A stretch of DNA of 64,000 bases from Anaerohalosphaeraceae bacterium (GCA_050309605.1 JBNRMN010000067.1:148136-212135); one strand, 5' to 3'; shown: positions 52,325 through 63,284, counted from the first letter of the stretch. Translations and numbers: made by a program. Notes: generated from the sequence alone by a model not told the origin.

Positions 52325-52714
52325 TTGATTCAGCAAGAAAGCATGTTGGAAATTGCCGATAACAGCGGCGTCAAGTTGGCTCAGTGCATCAAGGTGCTGG
52401 GCAAGTGCAGTTCCGGCAAGGGCAAATACACCCGTCCGACGGCGACGGTTGGTGATGTGATCTGTGTGGCGATCAAGAAACATCTGCCCAACTGCCAGTT
52501 GGACAAAAAGAAAGTGCACAAGTGCGTGATTATCCGCACGAAAAACCCTGTGCGCCGGCCTGACGGCAGTTATGTTCGGTTTGACAGCAACGCGGCGGTG
52601 TTTATCGACGCTGAGAATAATCCCATCGGGACGCGCATCTTCGGCGCGGTGGCGCGTGAGCTGCGTGAAAAGAACTTTATGAAGATTATCTCACTGGCCG
52701 GCGAAGTGGTGTAA
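52325..52714 (+). CDS. rplN: 50S ribosomal protein L14
   Basis: MIQQES (TTG start), ADNSG, GTRIFGAVARELR. Confidence 0.98.
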   Translation: MIQQESMLEIADNSGVKLAQCIKVLGKCSSGKGKYTRPTATVGDVICVAIKKHLPNCQLDKKKVHKCVIIRTKNPVRRPDGSYVRFDSNAAVFIDAENNPIGTRIFGAVARELREKNFMKIISLAGEVV

Positions 52715-52742
52715 GGCGTGAGATGCAATTGAGAGCATGATT

Positions 52743-53081
52743 ATGGCACGACATATTAAAAAAGGCGATCTGGTCGAGGTGATTTGCGGCGACGACAAAG
52801 GGGTAACCGGCAAGGTCATGCGGGTGCTTCCCGATAAAGGACGTGTGCTGGTCGAAGGGGTGAATCTGGTGCACAAACACGTGCGTCCGTCGCAGCGGAA
52901 TCCGCAGGGCGGACGGATTCGTGTGGAGCGTCCGATTCATATCAGCAATGTGCTGCCGGTCAATCCCAAGACCTCGCGCGGCACGCGGGTCCGGTTTGCC
53001 ACGGACGCCAAAGGGATCAAAAAGCGGATCGCCGTTGACGGATCGGAAATCGATGTGGTCGTCAAGGCCAAACGGAAATAA
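52743..53081 (+). CDS. rplX: 50S ribosomal protein L24
   Basis: IKKGDLVEVICGDDKG, VEGVN, PIHISNV. Confidence 0.98.
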   Translation: MARHIKKGDLVEVICGDDKGVTGKVMRVLPDKGRVLVEGVNLVHKHVRPSQRNPQGGRIRVERPIHISNVLPVNPKTSRGTRVRFATDAKGIKKRIAVDGSEIDVVVKAKRK

Positions 53082-53111
53082 TTCGGTAAGCGCAAGATAA
53101 AAGGGTTGTCC

Positions 53112-53657
53112 ATGGCTCGTTTGAAAGATATGTATAAAAGCAAAATTGCTCCGGCCCTGCGTGACAAGTACGGGTACACTACGCCGATGGCGATTCCGCA
53201 CCTGGAAAAGGTTGTGGTTTCGATGGGGCTGGGCAAGGCCGTCCAGGATAAGAAGTTTCTGGAACAGGCGGCCAAAGACCTGACCGTTATTACGGGTCAG
53301 AAGCCGATGGTCTGTGCGGCAAAAAAGAGCGTGTCGAACTTTAAGGTACGTCAGGGCGACAAGACGGGTCTGAAGGTAACGCTGCGGAAAGATCGGATGT
53401 ACGAGTTTCTGGATCGTCTGATCAACCTGACGATTCCCCGTGTCAAGGACTTTCGCGGGCTGAATCCAAAGGGCTTTGACGGTCGGGGTAACTATTCGAT
53501 GGGACTGGATGAACAGAGCGTGTTTCCGGAAATCGATCCGTCCAAGATCGAGTATCAGCAGGGGATGAATATCACCTTTGTGACCTCGGCGCAAAACGAT
53601 GATGAAGCACGTGAGATGCTGCGGCTGTTCGGGATGCCGTTTAAGGCGATGGGTTAG
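53112..53657 (+). CDS. rplE: 50S ribosomal protein L5
   Basis: ITGQKP, PRVKDFRG, FDGRGNY. Confidence 0.99.
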   Translation: MARLKDMYKSKIAPALRDKYGYTTPMAIPHLEKVVVSMGLGKAVQDKKFLEQAAKDLTVITGQKPMVCAAKKSVSNFKVRQGDKTGLKVTLRKDRMYEFLDRLINLTIPRVKDFRGLNPKGFDGRGNYSMGLDEQSVFPEIDPSKIEYQQGMNITFVTSAQNDDEAREMLRLFGMPFKAMG

Positions 53658-53692
53658 GATTCGAGATTTAATACGATATCGGAGTTGATGAT

Positions 53693-53878
53693 ATGTCCAC
53701 CAAGGCGCTTGAAAATAAAGCCGAAAAGAAACCGAAATATCGCAGCCGGGCCTATACGCGCTGCCAGATTTGCGGACGTGCACGGGCGGTTTATCGTAAG
53801 TTTAAGGTATGCCGCATTTGCCTTCGCAAGATGGCCAACGAAGGGTTGATCCCCGGCCTGAAGAAAGCAAGCTGGTAG
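53693..53878 (+). CDS. rpsZ: 30S ribosomal protein S14 type Z (zinc-binding)
   Basis: 61 aa, RCQICGR...CRICLR...KASW. Confidence 0.97.
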   Translation: MSTKALENKAEKKPKYRSRAYTRCQICGRARAVYRKFKVCRICLRKMANEGLIPGLKKASW

Positions 53879-53938
53879 GCCGCGTGTGCATACGTAACAA
53901 AAAATGAGAACCCAACAGGTTACAGTGGAGTACAGTGG

Positions 53939-54337
53939 ATGAGTTTTAATGATCCGATTGCGGATATGCTGACACGAATACGCAACGCCGCCCGCGTCAA
54001 TAAGGCCCAGGTCAAAGTGGCTGCCAGCAAGGTGTGCGAAGGCGTCGCGGCGGTGCTGAAAGAAGAAGGCTATATCCGGGATTACGACCGTATCGACGAC
54101 GGCAAGCAGGGCATCCTTCGGATCGCTCTGAAATATACGCCGGACGGCGCGTCGGTGATTCACTCGATTGACCGGGTCAGCAAGCCGGGATGTCGGGTCT
54201 ATAGAGGCAAAGATTCGCTTCCGCAGATGCTGGGCGGGCTGGGAATCTGTATTGTGTCCACAAGTCGAGGCATAATGAGCGATAAGAAATGCCGAACTGA
54301 GAATGTCGGCGGTGAACTGATTTGCACGGTGAGCTAA
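53939..54337 (+). CDS. rpsH: 30S ribosomal protein S8
   Basis: DPIADMLTRIRNA, SKPGCRVY, GGELIC. Confidence 0.99.
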   Translation: MSFNDPIADMLTRIRNAARVNKAQVKVAASKVCEGVAAVLKEEGYIRDYDRIDDGKQGILRIALKYTPDGASVIHSIDRVSKPGCRVYRGKDSLPQMLGGLGICIVSTSRGIMSDKKCRTENVGGELICTVS

Positions 54338-54910
54338 ATGAGTCGTATAGGAAAAAAACCAATCGTTATCCCCGGCGGCGTCAAGGTTGAAGTGCAGGGC
54401 CGTACCGTCAAGGTCAGCGGTCCGAAAGGCACGCTTCAGATGACCCGACATCCTGATATTGCGGTGAACGTTGAAGACGGCGCCGTGGTGGTCAGCAACC
54501 CGGCCGGCGACGACCGCGTTCATAAGGCGCTGCACGGCACCATGCGGGCGCTGGTGAACAATCTGATTATCGGCGTCAGCCAGGGCTTTACCCGCGAGAT
54601 GAAAGTGTTCGGGACCGGCTTTAACGTGAAAGAACAGGGCGGCAAGCTCGTTCTTCAGGTGGGCTATTGTCATCCGGTCGAGATGAAGATCCCCAAGGAT
54701 ATCAAGGTCGAAATAAAAGTGGCGGCGACCAAGGGCAACGATGTGCCGGCGGTCTTTACGCTCAGCGGCCCGGACAAGCACGCGCTGGGGCAGTTTGCGG
54801 CCAACGTTCGTCGCACTCGTCCGCCGGAGCCGTATCAGGGCAAGGGGATTCGCTACGCCGATGAGCACGTCATCCGCAAGGAAGGCAAGGCGCTCGGTTC
54901 GGGCGGCTGA
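54338..54910 (+). CDS. rplF: 50S ribosomal protein L6
   Basis: MSRIGKKPI, GPKGTL, PEPYQGKGIRY. Confidence 0.99.
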   Translation: MSRIGKKPIVIPGGVKVEVQGRTVKVSGPKGTLQMTRHPDIAVNVEDGAVVVSNPAGDDRVHKALHGTMRALVNNLIIGVSQGFTREMKVFGTGFNVKEQGGKLVLQVGYCHPVEMKIPKDIKVEIKVAATKGNDVPAVFTLSGPDKHALGQFAANVRRTRPPEPYQGKGIRYADEHVIRKEGKALGSGG

Positions 54911-54973
54911 TTCAGGTAAATGTAAAACGGTAACAGGCAAATATGTGGAGGCGGCTTTGCCGCGGACGGAATT

Positions 54974-55339
54974 ATGCAGAAAGAAAGAATACAAAAAGCC
55001 AAAAATCGCCGTAATTGGCGTTCTCGCAAGCGGGTTTTCGGAACGCCGGAACGTCCCCGGCTGGTGGTGTTCCGTTCGGCGCGGCATATTTATGCCCAGA
55101 TCATTGACGATCAGGCCGGTGTGACGCTGGCGGCCGGCAGTACGATGTCCAAGGCCCTGCGCGATGCCGTCAAGTGCGGCGGCAACCGACAGGCCGCCGA
55201 GATGGTCGGCGCGGCGCTGGCCAAACAGGCGATGGAAGTCGGTATCAAAGCGGTCTGTTTTGACCGCAACGGCTATCACTTTCACGGTCGCGTCAAGGCG
55301 CTGGCCGATGCGGCCCGCAAGGCCGGGTTGGCGTTTTAG
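54974..55339 (+). CDS. rplR: 50S ribosomal protein L18
   Basis: [21 protein letters not shown]. Confidence 0.98.
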   Translation: MQKERIQKAKNRRNWRSRKRVFGTPERPRLVVFRSARHIYAQIIDDQAGVTLAAGSTMSKALRDAVKCGGNRQAAEMVGAALAKQAMEVGIKAVCFDRNGYHFHGRVKALADAARKAGLAF

Positions 55340-55391
55340 GAACATACGTTGACAGAGACTGAAAATCGGATTTTAGTGTTGGAGATATAAG

Positions 55392-55913
55392 TTGGCCGAG
55401 GAAGCAATCAGAACAGCAGACATGCAGAGCGAGCAGCCGCTGGAAGATACGGTGGTCAAGGTCTTCCGTAATGCCAAAGTGGTCAAAGGCGGACGGCGTT
55501 TCAGCTTTTCCGCTCTGGTGGTGGTCGGCGACCGCAACGGTACGATTGGCTACGGCTACGGCAAAGCCAATGAAGTGCCGCCGGCGGTCGAGAAAGCGAT
55601 CAAGGACGCCAAGAAGAATCTGCACCGCGTACCGGTGGTGGACGACACGCTGCCGCATCCGGTGATCGGCAAATGCCGGGCGACCCGCATTACCCTGCTT
55701 CCGGCCAGTCCCGGTACGGGTGTGATCGCCGGTTCCAGCGCGCGGGCGGTTCTGGAATATGCCGGTTTCCGCAATGTGCTGACCAAGATCAACGGCAGTC
55801 GGTCGGCCAAAAATGTCGTCAAGGCGGTCATGAACGGATTGCTTCAACTGCGCGATAAAGAAACCGTCGAATCTCAGCGCGGAGTTGAGATCGAAGTTGA
55901 AAAAAGGTGGTGA
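55392..55913 (+). CDS. rpsE: 30S ribosomal protein S5
   Basis: KVVKGGRRFSFSALVVVGD, PGTGVIAG; TTG start after GGAG. Confidence 0.98.
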   Translation: MAEEAIRTADMQSEQPLEDTVVKVFRNAKVVKGGRRFSFSALVVVGDRNGTIGYGYGKANEVPPAVEKAIKDAKKNLHRVPVVDDTLPHPVIGKCRATRITLLPASPGTGVIAGSSARAVLEYAGFRNVLTKINGSRSAKNVVKAVMNGLLQLRDKETVESQRGVEIEVEKRW

Positions 55914-55920
55914 TAACGTC

Positions 55921-56370
55921 ATGCTGAGCAATGAAATAACTGCAATCGTCGGCGCGTATTCCAAGCGCAAACGAATCGGACGCGGCAAAGGCAGCGGACA
56001 CGGCAAGACCTGCGGACGGGGCCATAAAGGCGCCGGCAGCCGTTCGGGCAACAGTCTGCGTCTGCTGGATGAAGGCGGCCAGATGCCGCTGTTTCGCCGT
56101 CTGCCCAAACGCGGCTTTAACAACGCCAACTTTGCGACCAAATATGAGATAGTCAATGTCGCGCAACTGGAACGCGTCTTCAAGGACGGCCAGGCGGTCG
56201 GGATTGATGACTTGATCGGCGTCGGTCTGGTCGGAAGCCGCCGCAGCAAGGTCAAGATTCTCGGCGACGGGGAGCTGACCAAAAAGCTGACGGTCTCGGC
56301 GCACAAGTTCAGCAAAAGCGCCGAGCAGAAAATAGCCGGATGCGGCGGGTCGGTCAAAGTCGTTGCCTGA
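55921..56370 (+). CDS. rplO: 50S ribosomal protein L15
   Basis: RIGRGKGSGHGKT, EGGQMPLFRRLPKRGF. Confidence 0.98.
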   Translation: MLSNEITAIVGAYSKRKRIGRGKGSGHGKTCGRGHKGAGSRSGNSLRLLDEGGQMPLFRRLPKRGFNNANFATKYEIVNVAQLERVFKDGQAVGIDDLIGVGLVGSRRSKVKILGDGELTKKLTVSAHKFSKSAEQKIAGCGGSVKVVA

Positions 56371-56394
56371 TAACGGAAGCCGGAAGGGTCAACT

Positions 56395-57753
56395 ATGCTT
56401 GGAACATTTGTCAATATATTTAAGATTCCGGACTTGCGGAATAAGATTCTGTTTACGGTGGCGCTGTTGTGCATCTACCGCATCGGGTTTCATATTCCTG
56501 TGCCGGGCTTCGACGCGGAGCGGATGACCGAGGTGGCTCAGCAGCGCGATACGGATTCGCCGCTGAGTCGAGCGGCTGATTATCTTCAGATGTTTACCGG
56601 CGGTACGCTGAGCCAGAGCAGTTTGTTTGCGCTGGGGATTATGCCGTATATTTCGGCCTCGATTATCCTGATGCTGCTGGGCGAGGTGGTTCCGCAATTG
56701 AAGAAACTTCGACAGGAAGGTATGAGCGGCCATAAGAAGATACAGGAATATACCCGGTATCTGACGGTTCCATTATGTATCATCCAGTCGCTGATGTTTA
56801 TGCGGATGTTTGCCGGCAGCGAGTTTGTCTATCCGGGGATGCACACCTACGCGACGGTGATGGGTGTGCTTGGGATGACCGCCGGGACGATTTTTCTGAT
56901 GTGGCTTGGCGAGCAGATCGACGAATACGGCATCGGCAACGGCATCAGCCTGATTATTATGGCCGGGATTCTCTCGCGGATGCCGGGGGTGATCCTGGAT
57001 GTGGTTCGCAATACCGAGTTCCGCGTCGGCGTGGCCGAAGGCAAATACGGGCCGGGTACGCTGGTGTTTCTGGTGTTGGCGTTTGTTTTTGTGGTGGCCG
57101 GAGCGATCCTGATTACCCAGGGTCAGCGGCGCATCCCGATTCAGCAGGCCAAGCAGATGCGGGGCCATCGGATGGTCGGCGGCGCGCGTCACTATCTGCC
57201 GCTGCGGGTCAATCACGGCGGTGTGATGCCGATTATCTTCGCTTCGAGTCTGATGATGTTTCCGCCGATTATTCTGGAACAGTTCAGGCGTTTCTGGCCG
57301 GAGTCCAATCTGCTTCAGCAGGTCATTGAGGCGTTCGGGCCGATGGCCTTTACGTATAATGTGGTGTATATTGTATTGATTTTTCTGTTTGCTTATTTCT
57401 GGACGACGGTTCAGTTTCAGCCGAAAGATATGGCCAAGAATCTGCGCGACCGGGGCAGTTTTATTCCCGGTTTGCGGCCGGGCCACCGCACCGCCGAGTA
57501 CCTCGAAACAGTGATGGTGCGGATTACGTTCTTTGGGGCGGCGTTTTTGGCCTTTATAGCGGTGGTGCCCAGCCTGGTTACACAACTGGCCGGCGTCAGT
57601 TTTATGGCCGCGTCGTTTTTGGGCGGGACGGGACTGCTGATTGTGGTCAGCGTATCCCTGGACCTGGTTCAGCGGATCGAGTCCAATTTGATTATGCGAA
57701 ATTACGAAGGTTTTAGTGAATCCGGACGGATCAAAGGAGCGTTCAGAGGATGA
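56395..57753 (+). CDS. secY: Preprotein translocase subunit SecY
   Basis: LGIMPYISASII, WLGEQI..GIGNGISL, FIPGLRPG, GGTGLLIVV. Confidence 0.99.
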   Translation: MLGTFVNIFKIPDLRNKILFTVALLCIYRIGFHIPVPGFDAERMTEVAQQRDTDSPLSRAADYLQMFTGGTLSQSSLFALGIMPYISASIILMLLGEVVPQLKKLRQEGMSGHKKIQEYTRYLTVPLCIIQSLMFMRMFAGSEFVYPGMHTYATVMGVLGMTAGTIFLMWLGEQIDEYGIGNGISLIIMAGILSRMPGVILDVVRNTEFRVGVAEGKYGPGTLVFLVLAFVFVVAGAILITQGQRRIPIQQAKQMRGHRMVGGARHYLPLRVNHGGVMPIIFASSLMMFPPIILEQFRRFWPESNLLQQVIEAFGPMAFTYNVVYIVLIFLFAYFWTTVQFQPKDMAKNLRDRGSFIPGLRPGHRTAEYLETVMVRITFFGAAFLAFIAVVPSLVTQLAGVSFMAASFLGGTGLLIVVSVSLDLVQRIESNLIMRNYEGFSESGRIKGAFRG

Positions 57754-58397
57754 GATTGATACTGTTAGGTCCTCCCGGCGCCGGTAAAGGCACGCAATGC
57801 AAACGCATTGTTGAGAAGTACGGCATTGCGCACCTGTCCAGCGGTGATATTCTCCGTGCTGAACGGGCCGCGGGAACGGAGCTGGGCAGTAAGGCCCAAA
57901 GCTATATGGACAGCGGCGCGCTGGTTCCGGACGAGCTGATCATTGATATGATGATCGGGGCGATCAAGAAGGCCTCGGCGGGGTATGTGCTGGATGGATT
58001 TCCGCGTACCGTGATACAGGCCGAGGGGCTGAATCAGGCGCTGTCCAACGCCGGCGAGAAAATCGATGCGATTGTTGAGCTTCAAGTGCCCGATTCGGCG
58101 ATATTGTCGCGGATGACCGGCCGACGAAGTTGTCCGGTATGCGGCCAGGTGTATCATATTGAAAATCTCAAGCCCCACGTTGACGGCCAATGCGACAAGG
58201 GGTGCGGCCCGCTGGTGCAGCGCAAAGACGATACGCCGGATGTTGTGAAAAATCGACTCAAGACCTACCACGAACAGACCGCTGCGGTGGTGGGATATTA
58301 CGAGGATAAGTTTCCGATTCTGACGATCAACGCCGATCAGGATATTGATACGGTAACGGCGGATGTCTTCAAGGGTCTGGAATCGCTTGTCCAATAG
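57750..58397 (+). CDS. adk: Adenylate kinase (zinc-lid type)
   Basis: GPPGAGKGTQ, LDGFPRT, CPVC...CDKGC lid. Confidence 0.98.
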   Translation: MRLILLGPPGAGKGTQCKRIVEKYGIAHLSSGDILRAERAAGTELGSKAQSYMDSGALVPDELIIDMMIGAIKKASAGYVLDGFPRTVIQAEGLNQALSNAGEKIDAIVELQVPDSAILSRMTGRRSCPVCGQVYHIENLKPHVDGQCDKGCGPLVQRKDDTPDVVKNRLKTYHEQTAAVVGYYEDKFPILTINADQDIDTVTADVFKGLESLVQ

Positions 58398-58409
58398 GTT
58401 CGGCAATTG

Positions 58410-59195
58410 ATGGCGATAACGCTACGAAGCAATCGTGAGTTGGAACAGCTTCGCAAGGCCGGTTTGGTGGTTGCGAGGGTTCTTTCAAAATTAAAAGACA
58501 ATGCCAAGCCCGGCGTCAGTACCGGTCAATTGGATGCGATGGCCGCTCAAATGACGCGGGAGGCCGGGGCCATCCCCTTGTTCAAGGGGGTTCCGTGTCC
58601 GTACAAAAAATATCCGTTTCCAGGCGTGATTTGTGCGTCGGTCAACGAACAGTTGGTGCACGGGATACCGTCGGAAAATGTGATTCTTCGTGAAGGCGAT
58701 ATTTTGAGTGTGGATTTCGGCGTCAAGCTGGACGGGTATTGCGGTGATTCGGCCTTTACGGTCGGGATCGGTCGGATTGCTCCTCAGCGGCAGCGATTGC
58801 TGGATGTGACGCAGCGGATGCTGGAGATCGCTGTGGAGATGATGGCGCCGGGCGTCAAGTGGAGCGTTATTGCCGCCCAAATGGAAGCATGCTGCCGGAA
58901 CGCCGGTTTTTCGGTGGTGAAAGAGTATGTCGGCCACGGCATTGGCACGGAGATGCACGAAGAGCCGAAAGTGCCGAACTTTGTCAGCCGAGAGTTGCAG
59001 AAAAACGACATTGTGCTTAAAGAGGGTATGGTTTTGGCGGTCGAGCCGATGGTCAATATGGGCAAAGCCAAAGTTCGGACGCTGTCGGACGGCTGGACGG
59101 TTGTGACGCAGGACGGGAACTGTTCGGCGCACTTTGAACATACGATTGCCGTGGTCAAAGGCGGCAGCCGTGTGTTGACCCTGAATGAGCGGTAG
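58410..59195 (+). CDS. map: Methionine aminopeptidase type I
   Basis: VHGIP, GHGIG, HEEP, AVEPM, SAHFEHT. Confidence 0.98.
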   Translation: MAITLRSNRELEQLRKAGLVVARVLSKLKDNAKPGVSTGQLDAMAAQMTREAGAIPLFKGVPCPYKKYPFPGVICASVNEQLVHGIPSENVILREGDILSVDFGVKLDGYCGDSAFTVGIGRIAPQRQRLLDVTQRMLEIAVEMMAPGVKWSVIAAQMEACCRNAGFSVVKEYVGHGIGTEMHEEPKVPNFVSRELQKNDIVLKEGMVLAVEPMVNMGKAKVRTLSDGWTVVTQDGNCSAHFEHTIAVVKGGSRVLTLNER

Positions 59196-59225
59196 ATTTT
59201 GAGGTTTGCGAGCCGGGTAGCAAGT

Positions 59226-59441
59226 ATGGCAAAAAAAGACGCAATCAGACTGGAAGCCAAAGTCATTGAGGCATTGCCGAATGCGATGTTTAAGGTACAG
59301 CTTGAGAACGGGCACCAGATTTTGGCGCACGTGTCCGGCAAGATGCGAATGCATTTTATCCGGATTTTGCCCGGTGATACCGTGACAGTGGAGATGAGTC
59401 CATACGATCTGACCCGCGGTCGGATTGTCTTGCGGAACTAA
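59226..59441 (+). CDS. infA: Translation initiation factor IF-1
   Basis: [31 protein letters not shown]. Confidence 0.98.
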   Translation: MAKKDAIRLEAKVIEALPNAMFKVQLENGHQILAHVSGKMRMHFIRILPGDTVTVEMSPYDLTRGRIVLRN

Positions 59442-59477
59442 AAGAACGCAGCACAACAAAGCGAAAGTGATACGATT

Positions 59478-59594
59478 ATGAAAGTACGAAGTTCAGTCAA
59501 GCGAATTTGTGAAAACTGCAAAGTCATCCGACGCAAGGGTGTTCTGCGGGTGATCTGCCCGGCGAACCCCCGCCATAAGCAGCGTCAGGGCTAA
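59478..59594 (+). CDS. rpmJ: 50S ribosomal protein L36 (zinc-binding)
   Basis: Read manually: [38 protein letters not shown]. Confidence 0.97.
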   Translation: MKVRSSVKRICENCKVIRRKGVLRVICPANPRHKQRQG

Positions 59595-59629
59595 GCAACG
59601 TCTAATATCAGTCAAATACAGGAGTTATT

Positions 59630-60013
59630 ATGCCGCGTATTGTTGGTGTTGATGTACCAAATGATAAACCCGTGTGGATTGCGCTGACCTATATCCACGG
59701 GATCGGTCGTTTCTGCGCCAGGAAAATTCTTGACGAAGCTCAGGTGGACGGTACGGTTCGCGCCGGCAAACTGAGCGAAGATGAAGTCAGCCGGATCAGC
59801 CAGATCATTGACCGCGATTATGAGGTGGAAGGTCAGTTGCGTCGGCGAATTTCTCAGAATATCGCTCGGCTCAGGGATATCGCCTGTTATCGGGGGATTC
59901 GTCATCGTCGCGGGCTACCGGTTCGCGGTCAGCAGACCCAGAGCAACGCCCGTACACGCAAAGGCAAACGCAAGACGGTGGCCGGCAAGAAGGGCGTCAA
60001 GGAAATGCGCTAA
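59630..60013 (+). CDS. rpsM: 30S ribosomal protein S13
   Basis: [25 protein letters not shown]. Confidence 0.99.
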   Translation: MPRIVGVDVPNDKPVWIALTYIHGIGRFCARKILDEAQVDGTVRAGKLSEDEVSRISQIIDRDYEVEGQLRRRISQNIARLRDIACYRGIRHRRGLPVRGQQTQSNARTRKGKRKTVAGKKGVKEMR

Positions 60014-60059
60014 TCCATCGAAACCTTAGAACTATCGGGATTCAGGGAATACTTATCCA

Positions 60060-60440
60060 ATGGCAAAGAGTACCAGAAGAAAAGTCAAAAAGAATGTGGT
60101 TCGCGGTATCGTCCACATTAAAGCGTCGTTTAACAATACGCTGGTGACCATTACCGATCCGGACGGCGGAGCGATCTGTCAGGATTCCGGCGGAACGGTC
60201 GGCTTCAAAGGCTCACGAAAGAGCACGCCGTTTGCGGCTCAGCGAGCGGCCGAGAAGTGTGCGCGAACGGCGATGCGGTCGGGCATGCGCGAGGTGGAAA
60301 TTCGGGTCAAAGGCCCCGGCTCCGGACGCGAATCGGCTATCAGCGCCATTCAGCAGGCGGGATTGCGAATTTCTTCGATTGAGGACGTTACGCCCATTCC
60401 GCACAATGGCTGCCGTCCGCGCAAACGCCGTCGGGTCTGA
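60060..60440 (+). CDS. rpsK: 30S ribosomal protein S11
   Basis: [26 protein letters not shown]. Confidence 0.99.
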   Translation: MAKSTRRKVKKNVVRGIVHIKASFNNTLVTITDPDGGAICQDSGGTVGFKGSRKSTPFAAQRAAEKCARTAMRSGMREVEIRVKGPGSGRESAISAIQQAGLRISSIEDVTPIPHNGCRPRKRRRV

Positions 60441-60504
60441 TCGCCGCTTCTGTGGTTGTGAAACGAAAAACAGTCAAACTATTCTATAAAGGAACGGTTC
60501 AAAG

Positions 60505-61137
60505 ATGTCACGTTATTTAGGTCCAGCTTGCAGACTATGCCGTCGTGAAGGCATGAAATTGATGCTCAAAGGCCTGCGCTGTGAAACAGCGAAGTGCTCG
60601 ATTGAGAAGCGCGAACGGAGCATGGCGCCGGGACAGCATGGCTGGCGCCGCGGCCGCTCCAGCGATTACGGCGTGCGACTTCGCGAAAAGCAGAAAGTCA
60701 AACGCTATTACGGCCTGATGGAAAAGCAGTTTATGAAGTATTTTTTCAAAGCCCAGAAAGGCACCGGCAATACCGGGCAGATGCTGCTTGAGTTGCTGGA
60801 ACGTCGGCTGGACAACGTTATTTATAAGCTGAATTTTGCACCGTCCCGCAAGGCGGCTCGTCAGTTGGTGGCGCATGGACATATCTATCTGAACGGACGT
60901 CGTGTTGATATTCCGGATATGCTGGTCAAAATCGGCGACAAGATTACGCTGAAGAATTCCGACCATTCGCGCAACATCGTCAAGGCGCAGTTGGAAGCCA
61001 ATCCGAATTTTCAGGTTCAGGGCTGGCTTCAGTTGGATGCCTCCAAGCCGATGGCGACGGTGGTCGGGCTGCCGACGCGCGATGATGTTCAGTTGGCGGT
61101 GGAAGAACAGCTCGTGGTCGAATTCTGTTCGAGATAA
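60505..61137 (+). CDS. rpsD: 30S ribosomal protein S4
   Basis: CRLCRREG, LREKQK, LERRLDNV, VEFCSR. Confidence 0.98.
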   Translation: MSRYLGPACRLCRREGMKLMLKGLRCETAKCSIEKRERSMAPGQHGWRRGRSSDYGVRLREKQKVKRYYGLMEKQFMKYFFKAQKGTGNTGQMLLELLERRLDNVIYKLNFAPSRKAARQLVAHGHIYLNGRRVDIPDMLVKIGDKITLKNSDHSRNIVKAQLEANPNFQVQGWLQLDASKPMATVVGLPTRDDVQLAVEEQLVVEFCSR

Positions 61138-61252
61138 TCGATATTATTGATAAATGTTTTAGACGGCGGGTAACAGAGAGCGGTGTGCGTTCGACACGAC
61201 GGCCCGAACGGCAAACGCTGAGAACATCCGCCTGAGATGGGAGGCCCATACA

Positions 61253-62248
61253 ATGCGAATTACCTGGAGAGGTCTGGAACTGCCCACACGGGTCGAGTGC
61301 GATGAGCAGGTGTCAACCGACTGCTACGGTCGGTTCGTCATTGAGCCGTTTGAGCGGGGATTCGGCACCACCATCGGCAATAGTCTCCGACGTGTGTTGT
61401 TGTCTTCGCTGGAAGGCAGCGCGGTTGAATCCATTAAGATTGCCGGTGTGGATCATGAGTTTACCACCATCAAAGGGGTGATGGAAGATGTAACCGATAT
61501 TGTGCTCAATGTCAAGAAGCTGATCGTCCGAATGCAGGACGAGGGCACGCGGGTGATGACGGTCTCCGCCGACAAGGCCGGGCCGGTTACCGCCGGGATG
61601 ATTCAATGCGATCCGTCCATTCAGATTGTCAATAAAGAGTTGGTGCTGGCGACGCTGACCGAGGATGTCAAGTTCGAGATGGAGATGGAAGTCGGCAGCG
61701 GGCGCGGCTATTCGCCTGCCGCCGAGCGCATCAATGAGATGGATCGCTTCGATCAGGAGCTGGGCCGCATCGAAGTGGACGCGATTTATTCGCCCGTACT
61801 CCGCGTGCGATATAAAACCGAAGATACCCGCGTCGGCCAGCGCACGAACTATGACAAACTCATTCTCGAAATCTGGACGGACGGCACGGTAACGCCGGAT
61901 ATGGCGCTGGTTGAGGCGGCCAAGATTTTACGAAAGTATATCAATCCCTTCATTCAGTATGATACGGCCGGCGAAGAGACGGTGGAAGAAGAAGTCCATA
62001 TCGAAGAAGAGACCGCCGGCGTTGATGAAGAATTGGCGGCCAAGCTGGCCATGCCGATTGAAAGCCTCGATTTGACGGTGCGGTCGAGCAATTGCCTCGA
62101 ATCCAATAATATCCAGACCGTCGGCCAATTGGTGCGGATGACCGATGCCGATTTGCTCAAGATTCGCAGCTTCGGCAAGACCAGTCTGCGTGAAGTCCGT
62201 CGAAAACTGGCCGAGCTGGGGTTGTCGTTGGGTATGACGGATGTGTAA
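61253..62248 (+). CDS. rpoA: RNA polymerase subunit alpha
   Basis: EPFERGFGTTIGNSLRRVLLSS, VRSSNCL, FGKTSL. Confidence 0.99.
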   Translation: MRITWRGLELPTRVECDEQVSTDCYGRFVIEPFERGFGTTIGNSLRRVLLSSLEGSAVESIKIAGVDHEFTTIKGVMEDVTDIVLNVKKLIVRMQDEGTRVMTVSADKAGPVTAGMIQCDPSIQIVNKELVLATLTEDVKFEMEMEVGSGRGYSPAAERINEMDRFDQELGRIEVDAIYSPVLRVRYKTEDTRVGQRTNYDKLILEIWTDGTVTPDMALVEAAKILRKYINPFIQYDTAGEETVEEEVHIEEETAGVDEELAAKLAMPIESLDLTVRSSNCLESNNIQTVGQLVRMTDADLLKIRSFGKTSLREVRRKLAELGLSLGMTDV

Positions 62249-62319
62249 GGCCGTTCCGGAACGGGCAAACGCAGCCGAAGAATAAGAATGTTAACCGACA
62301 AGAGTAAGGGTGTAACCAT

Positions 62320-62754
62320 ATGCGTCATCGTGTAGCAGGACGACAATTAAACAGAACCAGTGAGCACCGTCTGGCCATGCGGCGTAATTTGACGGCGTCG
62401 CTGTTTGAACATGAGACCATTTCGACGACACTCGAAAAGGCTAAAGATGTTCGCGGTTTTGCCGAAAAGCTGATTACGCTGGCCAAGAAAGGCACGCTTC
62501 CGGCGCGCCGTCGGGCCATTGCGCTGCTGAACAATCGCGCCATTTATGAAGAAGATGAAAAAGGTCAGCTTGTCAAGAAGGGCACCGTGGTTGGCAAGCT
62601 GTTCAGCGATATTGCGCCGCGCTATTTGGATCGTCCCGGCGGTTATACCCGCATTATCAAATTGCCCAAGCGGCGGCTGGGCGATGCTGGGCAGCTCGTA
62701 CTGCTTCAACTGGTTGGCGCCGGCCAGGAAAAAGTCGGCGAAAAGAAGAAGTAA
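62320..62754 (+). CDS. rplQ: 50S ribosomal protein L17
   Basis: [22 protein letters not shown]. Confidence 0.98.
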   Translation: MRHRVAGRQLNRTSEHRLAMRRNLTASLFEHETISTTLEKAKDVRGFAEKLITLAKKGTLPARRRAIALLNNRAIYEEDEKGQLVKKGTVVGKLFSDIAPRYLDRPGGYTRIIKLPKRRLGDAGQLVLLQLVGAGQEKVGEKKK

Positions 62755-62814
62755 TCATTTGTTTCGAAGCGACTTTCGGTTTTACCGACGGCACACAAAG
62801 GGAGGTGTTAAGCG

Positions 62815-63231
62815 ATGTCGGAATGTGTTTTTTGTGAAATTGTCGCCGGACGTATCCCCTGTACGCAGGTCTATGAGAACGACAAGGTGCTGGCGTTTCT
62901 GGATGTCGGTCCGATCAGCGACGGCCATACGCTGGTCATTCCCAAGGCGCATTACGACCGCCTGCATCACTGTCCCACGGAGGTGCTGGCTGAAGTCGCA
63001 AAGGTCGTCGGGCTTTTGGCCCATCCCGTCGCCGAGGCCGTCGGAGCCGACGGGTATAATGTACTGAGCAATAATGCTCCCGCCGCCGGGCAGGTGGTCG
63101 AGCACCTGCATGTGCACATTATTCCGCGAAAATCGGGGGACGGCGTTTTTAATCGATGGCCGGCCTTCAAATATCCGTCCGGAAAAGCCGAGTCCATCGC
63201 AGAAAAAATCAAACAAAAACTTGCAAAATAA
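62815..63231 (+). CDS. HIT family protein
   Basis: CVFC, GHTLVIPKAH, QVVEHLHVHIIPR. Confidence 0.95.
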   Translation: MSECVFCEIVAGRIPCTQVYENDKVLAFLDVGPISDGHTLVIPKAHYDRLHHCPTEVLAEVAKVVGLLAHPVAEAVGADGYNVLSNNAPAAGQVVEHLHVHIIPRKSGDGVFNRWPAFKYPSGKAESIAEKIKQKLAK

Positions 63232-63244
63232 TCCGGATAATTTC

Positions 63245-63273
63245 TTGAAAAGTCGGGCTTTTTGCTTTACACT
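63245..63273 (+). promoter_or_regulatory. Promoter of tRNA-fMet
   Basis: TTGAAA-17-TACACT, 11 nt before the tRNA. Confidence 0.6.
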
Positions 63274-63284
63274 AAAACCTTTAT

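Noticed and set aside
55900..55925. rpmD between rpsE and rplO
   Set aside because: Only 7 nt separate the two genes.
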